Assembly: GCA_044892505.1 (NCBI GenBank)
Contig: CM097883.1
Location: 406,100,001 to 406,164,000, forward strand
Reading direction: 5' to 3'
From: Schmidtea nova
Taxonomy: Eukaryota
Length of the DNA stretch: 64,000 bases
Below, piece by piece: positions 49,915 to 59,721 of the stretch. Below the pieces are notes generated by a model, which saw only the letters and a list, made by a program, of their open reading frames with translations, was not told where the DNA came from and did no database searches. Position numbers and translations under genes: made by a program. How positions within the stretch are numbered: position 1 is the stretch's first letter; the number at the start of each line of letters is the position of its first letter.

Positions 49915-52900
49915 GCTTTCGTCATTGTCCGAAAGATCCGATTCAATTATGGGTTCCTTGTAAGGTTTTTCATTTAGCAAGGACCCTCGACCTTCGACTT
50001 CGCAAAGAATAAAATAGTCATTATTGTTTTTGACGGCCTCAATTTTAATGAATTGAGTTTTGACAGGATCAGTTAAGTATATTTCAATAGACGGTCCAAA
50101 TACTCGAATGCTGCTCTTAACATTTGAAAACATCTCTAAATCTTTATCTTTCGTTTGCAACTTAAATTTATCTCCAAAAGAAATAGTAACTTGATAACTG
50201 GTTCCGTCTAGAATGTATACAATATTCAAGGTCTTGATAAAAAATATTTCCCCTTACATTCGTATCGGTCGACACTATTCCAAATCCTCAAAGAACTGAT
50301 GCTGTATCTCTCTATCAAATCAATCACTACCATTTGAGATCCCTTGGCATCAGAGGCATAACATGATTGCCAAACGTGTTCCGTGTCCAAGGTGCCATCA
50401 TTAATGAACTCCCTATGCCAGTCATTTGACAGTAATACGGGCTTCTTTAATATTATGTTCATGGCTTAATGGGATTTATTTTACTATGCTATAGTGACTA
50501 TAGTGGTTTTTATTTTATTGCCTTGACTAACTACTCCACTATAGTATAGTGGAGTAGTTAGTCAAGGCAATAAAATAAAAACCAGTCAATATATCGCTTG
50601 CAAAATGCAATGTCGAAAATTCGTGTTAAATATAAAGCAAAATATTGATCTGTGATAATTTCCATTCTAAACAAATCAATTATGACAATAATTAGGAAAG
50701 GGAAATGGGGTTGCCAAATGAATGTTAGTCCACAAGATTTGGAATTCTCAATAAGCCATTTTATAAAAACCCGATAAAAACGAAAAAATCTTTACTCAAA
50801 AATGTGATATTAAATAAGTAAATTTATCTAAAATGTTTAGGCAGTCTAAACGTCTAAGTATAACCGTAAAAAATCAGCCTACCCTTGAAACTATCCCAAT
50901 ATCACCTGCAAGCCGATTACTTCAGGAGGAAATATGCATTAAAAATAAAGTTTCTGAACTTTTTTTACGATGAAAAATAAACTTGGAATTCCTGGAAAAC
51001 TTTGAACATTACCGAAGAAAAAAGAATTCTTGGAACAATTTGAGTTTGCTTTTTACATTCCTGTAACATCCATCCATATGGGAGGGCTAAAAATTAATTA
51101 TCATTAAAATATTTGAGTTTTTATAACCATTGATCATTTTTCATTTTCAATTTCCCTTAGACACCTGGAAAAAATAAACCTATCCACCCAAAAAAATACA
51201 AGTTTTTAACAGTTTTTTGGAAATGCATTAGCTTGACAGTATATTTATTCGGTGTATGAGAGTGAATGTATGCCTGGAATGTATAATTCATGTATGCACG
51301 TGTATGCATGTGTCCGTGTGTGGCTGCGTTCCTGGTGCTCACTAGATTAGCTGAAACCCAATGAGATTGCATTAGTAATTTTATTGGACGAGGCGATTGA
51401 CTGTTTAATTTTATCACATGTAGACAGGATGTTTCCACTATTGTATCCATGTAAAACTGCGGTCAGCAGGGTATCTGGTAATTCTACTGGAACACATGCT
51501 TATAATCTTTCATCAACATACTGGTTGAACATTCCAACAAGATAATGGAGAGTTCCATAAATTTAGAAAGTAAATTCAGTTGTTCACCGTCAATGACTAT
51601 ATAGTTATAATATGACCCTCCAAGAGTCTTGACCTCAGCCCCATAGAAAACATCTTGTCTGCTCATAAATATCAATTGGATTTTACTATGGTTCCGGGAT
51701 TTGAGTAATTATGGGAACAAAGAGACATGATTTGCGACAACATGGATGTAAACTTTATCCGTAATTATATTCATTCATGCTAAATAACTGTACCACGGTT
51801 ATTAAAGAATAGATGAAGACAAACACATTATTAATTGTTTATTTTTACTCACTAATGTAAAAGTTGTTTTACTATAACATATTCTGAGACTCTAGTCCAT
51901 TTGATATTTACTGACTAGTNNNNNNNNNNNNNNNNNNNNNNNNNNNNNNNNNNNNNNNNNNNNNNNNNNNNNNNNNNNNNNNNNNNNNNNNNNNNNNNNN
52001 NNNNNNNNNNNNNNNNNNNNNNNNNNNNNNNNNNNNNNNNNNNNNNNNNNNNNNNNNNNNNNNNNNNNNACATTTTCAGTGGTTATACCGTTAATTTTTC
52101 GATAGTATATTTTCATTTCTTTTCAAATTATATATCAATATTATTTTTACCTTTGACACGAATTTGGGCTTTGCTTTCTACAAAATTTAATTGAAATGTG
52201 TGTTANNNNNNNNNNNNNNNNNNNNNNNNNNNNNNNNNNNNNNNNNNNNNNNNNNNNNNNNNNNNNNNNNNNNNNNNNNNNNNNNNNNNNNNNNNNNNNN
52301 NNNNNNNNNNNNNNNNNNNNNNNNNNNNNNNNNNNNNNNNNNNNNNNNNNNAAAATTAAAAATTGCTACCCTTCTACAAAAATCTTGTTTAAATGAAATA
52401 TTACCATATCTGTCAATCATGATCACTCCAAAACAAATTTCTTTCCAATTGACTAATCACTTTTACTTGTTTTCTTTTTTTTCAATGAATCTAATAATAA
52501 ATTTATTTATCAAATTTATTTATCAAATTTATTTATCAAATTTATTTATCAAATTTATTTATCAAATTTATTTATCAAATTTATTTATCAAATTTATTTA
52601 TCAAATTTATTTATCAAATTTATTTATCAATCTAAGGATCGAAAATTTTCTCAATCAAACTTTGCAGCAAAGATTTATTTTATTATTTATTAATTGTTCA
52701 ATAAATAAAAATAAAAATAAAGAAGGAGGAGGCCTAGAAGAAGAATGATAATAAGAATAAGAATTACCTGAAGGAATGGCGTTACACAATTCCTCATAAA
52801 TCGGATCTTCGGCCGGGGTTCGATCCACCACATTTGCTTCAATTTCAAATTCACAAATTTTCAGGTAAGTCTTTACATCATATTGTTTCAGTCGAATAAT

Positions 52901-53436
52901 AATGAATCGACCTTCACAGCCTCCGGTCATCTCTAGATGCGTTTCCCCCGGTTCAATTCCTTCCACGACTTCTGCTTCACAAGTTCGATACGAGTAGAAC
53001 TTTTCAATGTTACACCACTTGAAATTATCTGTCATGGCGATTTCGAAAAGTAAGGAGTTCGCTTCTGAAATAGAATATAAGTTTAGGAAGGGATAAGCGA
53101 GGGCTACGTACTGTCCCAGTGGGTGTTATAGATCTTGACAGATCGGATATTCATAACATCATTAAGATCAAAAACCATGTACGGATTTTTTGAAAACATC
53201 ACCGTGCAGTCTTCATCAAATTTTAGAATCCCATCATTGGGGTTAATGGGGGACGTTTGGTGCAACAGCGGTGAGGTCCAGTACGTTTTGCTAATAATAT
53301 AATTGTCTGGACATTTCTACAATAATAAACGACTTCAAAAAAGAAATGTCTTACTATCATTCCCAATGGCGAAAACCTCGCAGAAAAACCAAGTAGATAA
53401 GATGATTAAAAAATTTGTATACTTTTCTATAATCAT
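49915..53436 (-). CDS. Secreted protein with two F-type-lectin/discoidin-like (galactose-binding fold) domains; predicted exons 53436-53355, 53306-53112, 53064-52768, 50464-50258, 50207-~49915
   Basis: Signal-peptide exon; domain 1 NDG..C..NPYMVFDL..I.SVKIYN..GRFIII..LKICEFE; domain 2 NDG..C..VVIDL..I.SLRIWN..ILCEVE. Phase-1 introns of 48, 47 and 50 nt, one at the same position in both domains. 3' end uncertain and extra exons could lie in two gaps. Confidence 0.72.
50505..50583. repeat. Perfect 79-bp palindrome (39-bp arms, 1-nt spacer)
   Basis: ggtttttattttattgccttgactaactactccactata-g-tatagtggagtagttagtcaaggcaataaaataaaaacc. Confidence 0.97.
52499..52630. repeat. 13-bp minisatellite (aaatttatttatc), about 10 copies
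   Basis: Directly visible perfect tandem array inside the lectin-gene intron. Confidence 0.95.
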
Positions 53437-53807
53437 TTCAGAAATTAATTTGAAATTAATTATATTCTGAATTATATTTCTGAATTATATTCTTGAAGGG
53501 TTTGCAGATTTTTACACGAACTCGAACATGTTCAGTGATCCAGAAACCCATCACGCTTGACATCATCTGGAACCGTTACCAACTGAAAGAATGTGCATTA
53601 GAAATTGAATTGAGCATTCATTTCCATATTATTAGTAATTAATGAAATATAATTAATNNNNNNNNNNNNNNNNNNNNNNNNNNNNNNNNNNNNNNNNNNN
53701 NNNNNNNNNNNNNNNNNNNNNNNNNNNNNNNNNNNNNNNNNNNNNNNNNNNNNNNNNNNNNNNNNNNNNNNNNNNNNNNNNNNNNNNNNNNNNNNNNNNN
53801 NNNNNNN

Positions 53808-54024
53808 CCCATAATGGTAAGACTATAGATCAAAATTTCTTTAAATAAGTACACTATATTTCGGCACAGTCTTTATTAAGTGTGTATTCCACACTTGTAA
53901 TACATACTTGATAAAGGCTGTGCCGTAATATTGTGTACTTATTTAAAGAAATTTTGATCTATAGTCTTACCATTATGGGAATTATTGATATAATTATTAA
54001 AAAAAGATCAAAGGTGAAACAAAA
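53808..54024. repeat. Second copy of the hairpin-containing repeat (palindrome 53808-53979)
   Basis: cccataatggtaagactatagatc...gatctatagtcttaccattatggg; flanked by N gaps on both sides. Confidence 0.88.
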
Positions 54025-54585
54025 NNNNNNNNNNNNNNNNNNNNNNNNNNNNNNNNNNNNNNNNNNNNNNNNNNNNNNNNNNNNNNNNNNNNNNNNNNNN
54101 NNNNNNNNNNNNNNNNNNNNNNNNNNNNNNNNNNNNNNNNNNNNNNNNNNNNNNNNNNNNNNNNNNNNNNNNNNNNNNNNNNNNNNNNNNNNNNNNNNNN
54201 NNNNNNNAACAATTATAAAAACAATAATAAATATAAAAACATATTTATTGAAATTAATAATACTAAATTAATAAATAAATTGTTCATAAAAGCGAAAAGC
54301 ATCTATTGTCAAAAGTTATTTTTCGGTATCATAATTTTAAGTTTTCATCAATGTTTTTTGACATAGGAACTAAAATTGCCGACCTAAGGTAAGTCAAAAA
54401 TTTTGTGCCAGATTGACATTTTTTACCATTTACCACATTTTTTATTTGGGACCCTAGTACTCGAAAAGTAGAGACAAACTGAAAAAGTTCGAATCAACAC
54501 ATTTAGAATGTTTAAATAATCGAAAAATAGAAAGAGGATAGATGGTAATTACGTGAAGCGAACTAAACTCAACAAACACTATAAC

Positions 54586-54996
54586 CAGTGCTGCCACCTG
54601 TCCGGGTTTAACCCGGACAGTTCGGGCTTTGAAACGTGCGTTCGGTTATCCAGGCGAAACCTAAAAATGTCCGGTTTGAATCTGAATGACCGAATTATTA
54701 ATTTGTAACAATTTAAAAATAAAATTTGACAAATTTCGGGCTTTGGGAGAAGGAAATAAAAAGATTTTAGAAGCAGCACGGATCATTATAAAATACAGTT
54801 TTAAAAATAAAAAATAAAATTTACATTGTCTTCACAAAAGATTTTCCTGTTTTTCAGAAGCAATCCATTTTGTATGTTATTTAATTGTAATAATAATAAA
54901 AACTTATTTTCGTGTTCCAATGATTTCTTTTCTCGTGTTCAAAATTGTTTTTACTCAAATGTCCGTGTGAAAAATTTTCCAAATGTGGCAACACTG
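54586..54996. mobile_element. hAT-type MITE (411 bp)
   Basis: TIR CAGTGCTGCCAC / GTGGCAACACTG; candidate 8-bp TSD ACTATAAC / TCTGTAAC (6/8); subterminal ccgg-rich motifs. Confidence 0.7.
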
Positions 54997-55475
54997 TCTG
55001 TAACTGCTTAGGAACCGAAGGCGCCACTTGTTGATAGACAAAGGTGAACCAACGAAATAAACCAAAGATGAATCAACGAAAAGTAAATGATTTTGTCTTG
55101 ATAAAATTAATAATTAAAAATCAAATTTGTCGACGCACAAAAAAGATCTTCATTAATCTATATATTTCTTCCTTTTTTTGAAAAGTACACAAATCTTCGG
55201 CTTAGTCTTTTTAAAGTGTTTATTTAAAAGATCTTAAGAGAGGTTAATTTTACTTCAACTGCCTTGAAATGAATTGCGATTAAGAAGAGCTTCAAAGTTT
55301 GAAAGAAATATTTAGAGTTTACAACAAATGCTCAGCTTGGAAAACATTCAGTCGACAAGATGAACAATCATTTAATGCATTTTTAATCAAGTTAAATATA
55401 TTTTTTACAATTAATTATTAAAATGAATAAAATATTAAAAATTATTTCTTATTACAGGTTGGTATGCCTACTTAG

Positions 55476-55881
55476 TAGTGTTGTCCAAGATGTGTGCCAC
55501 GAAAAAAATCTGCAAACATTTAAAATTACTAAGAGTTTAGTACCTTCGAGTTGTGCAGAAAAATAAATCTATAACTTGGTTTTCTTTCTTCACAATGGTA
55601 GTCAGAAATGATATTCAAGTCAAACTTTTAATATTGATCTATTTATGGTTGTTTAGGATTTTCGAACTCGTGATTCAATTTTTCTCTCTTCACTTTCTAA
55701 AATTTCGCTATTTGTGATTAAAGTATAAAGTTTTTCCAGCTATTGTTAATTAAAATATCAAAATTTAGTAACTACAATGGATAAATTCTTGAAAAGAAAG
55801 CAGAAAGATTGAAACCAGCATTAAAAAGTTTAGCAACTAAATTTTAGTGTGCCTTGCGCGATTTGCAGTTGGACAACACTG
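55476..55881. mobile_element. Probable hAT-type MITE (406 bp)
   Basis: TIR (T)AGTGTTGTCCAA / TTGGACAACACTG; GCCTACT occurs next to both ends (slightly offset on the left). Confidence 0.55.
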
Positions 55882-57501
55882 GCCTACTATGTTGTTTCTT
55901 GCGACCTCTTTTGTATTAATATTTTATTTATTCATGTTTATTGATCTTCACATGTCAAGTTTTTGTTTTGAGTAATTTGATGGTATTATTCATTTTAAAT
56001 TAATGTCTTGCAGTTGAATGCGTATTTTAGATGCATATAAACAAATTAGAAATTTCACTCCTGGTACCCCAACACATTTTAATATTTATATATTTTTAAA
56101 ATCTGAATGATGATATTTTTATTGGAACCATTTTCTAAAATTCAACATGTTATTTATGTTCCATCATTATTATTAATATGTAATTATTTGACAGAAAATT
56201 AAGATTTAATAGACATCCTCATTTCAATGACATCTGAAAATGGACTTTTTTCTATCAACTAGTGCATTTTTTAATAAGTTAAATCTAATATTTATTAAAT
56301 CTATTACATTTTGCCATATATTAAAAACTAATTTTAAATATAAGAAATATTTATTTGAATTTTTGATTGATACTCATTGTAGAGGTGTTGGGGTTACTAT
56401 TAAAACCATAAGTAAAATCCAAAGACAAGAAAAAATAATAAAATTTTAAAAAAAATATTGAAATTACTCAAAGTTCAAAATTTAAAAATTAATATTCATC
56501 TGGGGAAATGGGTATGGTTGAATGCCAAATCAAAAGACAAATCTAATAATAATAATAAAAATTTAGTAAGGGGTCCCCACAGAAGGTAATATTGAAGAAA
56601 ATAAATTTATTAAAATTTAATAATCACTCAATACAAAGCCCAAGTGAATGGAAAGCACAAGAATATGGGGAAACCGAGCGATGAGAAAACCCCGAAGCAC
56701 AAGTATACCCGATAGATCAAAGGCGAGAGATTGCACAAAGCAATTAGATATAAATTCACCCTGGAGATCAGCAACTTAATTAATTGTTGGGTCAATTAGG
56801 CCAAAGAATTTCAAATAATGTTGACCCAGGTTTAGATAATTGCCTTTCGATAAACCTATAAAAAGTGAGCGGTAAAGAAAAGAACCACCAGTTGGTCGAA
56901 AGTTCAAACCATAACATATTTCAGCGATATATTTCAGATTTTTATAAAACTTATTCCAATAAACATTGCCAGAAAAAGGCTATTACCTCTTGTTTTATAC
57001 GCCATAACGTAAATCAAATCAGATAACGAGAGAAAGTGCAAATTATTGAAAATTGTAAATTACATTGATTAAACCAGGTTAGAATATTCTGAGTTGGGTT
57101 TATTGATTTTCGATTAATAAAAGCACACTAGGAGTTAGATATTTGAACCGATCTTAAAACAAATTAAAACAATCCAATAAAGGTAACCAAATTTGAGAAC
57201 CACATGGGTTTCATACTAACAATGTTAAAAACAGAAAAATTATTTTTATTAAATGTATATTAAACTAAATAATCCTTTTTATTTTTCTATGCCATAAAAA
57301 ACCGTAATAATAATTTTATTTTACTAATTACTAATTGCATTAAATTGTAATTTATTTTTATATTATTTAAAATTCAACAAAAATTAAAAGTTTTGTTTAT
57401 ATAAATCAATTCATTAATTAGGTAAATCTTTAATTTCAATTCATCAAGTAAATTATAATATATTTAGTTAATTAAAACTATTAATATTGAAATTCCTTTT
57501 T

Positions 57502-57605
57502 TATAGGGTTTTTCGATCTATTTGGAATTAAATTAAATTAATTAAATTAATTAATTTAATTTCAAAATGATCGGAAAAAATCCAAATAGATCGAAAAACC
57601 CTATA
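57502..57605. mobile_element. 104-bp MITE with perfect 25-bp inverted ends
   Basis: tatagggtttttcgatctatttgga (57502-57526) and exact reverse complement (57581-57605); outer TA consistent with a Tc1/mariner-type target site. Confidence 0.75.
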
Positions 57606-58724
57606 ATTGTTATTATAATTATAAATTTCAATTTTAATTATTAGTAGATATTAATCAGAGATATTTGTAAATTATTTTTATTATACCGTCTGTTTATTAC
57701 TAAATCTAAAGAGCAATCCTCACAAATACGATAACATAAATATGAATCATAGGATTTCTTTTATATAGGACATTAGAGCTGACCGATATTTCCTTGCTCA
57801 ACTTTTACCTCTCTTATCACCCAGCTTTCTTTTTCCTGATTGTGATCATCTTTATATTAGGAATTGACAGTGAGGGCAGGAACTAGTTCATAAAGATGCA
57901 ACAATATACAATATTTAGATTATTTCAGTTTTTCAATCTTTTATTAATTCTATTAACACATAAAAACCTTTTTAAATTGATTCCCGGCACCTGATTATGT
58001 CACCTTGTCACGATAACTTCTTCATCGACTGAAGTGCTCCATTCAAACCAAATCTATAAATTTCTACTCTGCACTTCAAAGTAAAATAAACCTTATCTAA
58101 ATTTAATGTTAATCTGAGATAAATCAATTAATAAACGAGCTTCATTTTTCTCAAGCAAATAAAAGGGTTTCTTACTTTGTCGGCTAGTATTATATATTGA
58201 AGGTGTGAGGATACTTGGACATGATAATTAATGAGCATTAAAATTAAATAATTAAATTAGAATAAAAGTTTTTGTAGATATTAAAATAATTATTTTATAA
58301 CTTATTTTAAAAAAGTATTTTAAGATAGTTAAATTAAATTTTGAATGTTTTATTTTAAAATAATAAATAGGAATAAAAATTTTATATAAAAAGATTTTAG
58401 AATAATAATGTTAAGTAAATTTTAAAACAAATAATAAATATTTTAAATAAAATGCTCGGTTTTAGTTTGTTTAAATATCCTCAAAGATAAAAAACATTCT
58501 TGAATTAAATAAATATTTTGCATGTGATTTCGGATTCTGAATTAAATGAAGATTTTTAACAACATCTAACANNNNNNNNNNNNNNNNNNNNNNNNNNNNN
58601 NNNNNNNNNNNNNNNNNNNNNNNNNNNNNNNNNNNNNNNNNNNNNNNNNNNNNNNNNNNNNNNNNNNNNNNNNNNNNNNNNNNNNNNNNNNNNNNNNNNN
58701 NNNNNNNNNNNNNNNNNNNNNNNN

Positions 58725-59600
58725 TTTATAATGAACGTCTGCAGGGAAAATATGAACAGCAATGGTAACAAAGGTTACCAACACCTTCAACATGCTGCAT
58801 ACGCACGCACTCACATACAGAATTTGACTACTCACCTGACACTTCGTCGCCGCTTGAAGTGGTGCCAGGAGAGAAGGAGTTGGACAGCAGAACAATGGCG
58901 CTCAGTCATTTGGGGTGATGAATCACGTTTCACTCTTTTCAAATCTGATGGATAGCAATTCTGCTTGCATCGTGTAGGAGAACGATGTCACCCTGACTGC
59001 ATTCAGCCAACTGTAAAACATGGAGGAGGCTCCATCATGTTTTGGAGTTTTTTCAACTCGTGAAACTGGCCCTCTAGTGAAATGCAGCAATCACATGACG
59101 TCAGTGGAATACCGTGTCATTCTGGAAAATGAGCTTGCTCCCTTTCTCCCAGAAATTGAGGAGCTCATTTTCCAACAGGATAATGCACCAATCTATATTA
59201 CGCACATTATGAAGGAATTCTTTCTGCAGCACAGCATCAACGTTTTGGAATGGATTCCACAAAGCCCTAATCTGAATCCTATTGAGTTTCTGTGGGACGT
59301 CCTTGGTAGACGAGTTCGCAAAAGGATTCCCATTGCCCGTAACACCTCCGAACTGAAAACGCATATGCATGAGGAATGATCACACATCTCCCCTGATTTC
59401 CTGGCAAAAGTGGTCGATACAAAGCCTAAACGAGTGCGCCTTGTTATACAGATGAAAGGTAATATAATGAAGTACTAACTCTCTCAGCACTACAGACATT
59501 CAGTATTCGTGTGTGTTTGTGACATTTGTTCCCATCGCTGTTCATTATAAACTGCAATTTGTAAATAACTGCCTGACTGGAGACTTTTGGTAGGCCGGGG
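58725..59600 (+). mobile_element. Tc1-like (DD34E) transposon, defective; 5' end in gap
   Basis: WGDESRF, VKHGGGSIM, FQQDNAP and W.PQSPNLNPIE with D-34-E spacing; stop at 58953-58955 and frameshift ~59045; candidate 3' terminus cttttggtaggccgggg|TA at 59600. Confidence 0.88.

Positions 59601-59686
<86 letters not shown>
59601..59686. repeat. (TA)n microsatellite
   Basis: Directly visible; shorter (TA)n runs also occur at ~8106-8131 and ~18935-18964. Confidence 0.97.
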
Positions 59687-59691
<5 letters not shown>

Positions 59692-59721
59692 TTAAAAATA
59701 GAATAAAATATTTTAGGTAAA

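Noticed and set aside
56220-56330. Possible fourth bZIP remnant (LSTSAFFNKLNLIFIK)
   Set aside because: Similarity to paralog A is limited to two short AT-rich patches.
33074-58895. ORFs containing X runs (33074, 33139, 44246, 44295, 44373, 51892, 52187-52196, 53639, 53933, 53997, 58556, 58566)
   Set aside because: Their length comes from assembly gaps; no coding evidence.
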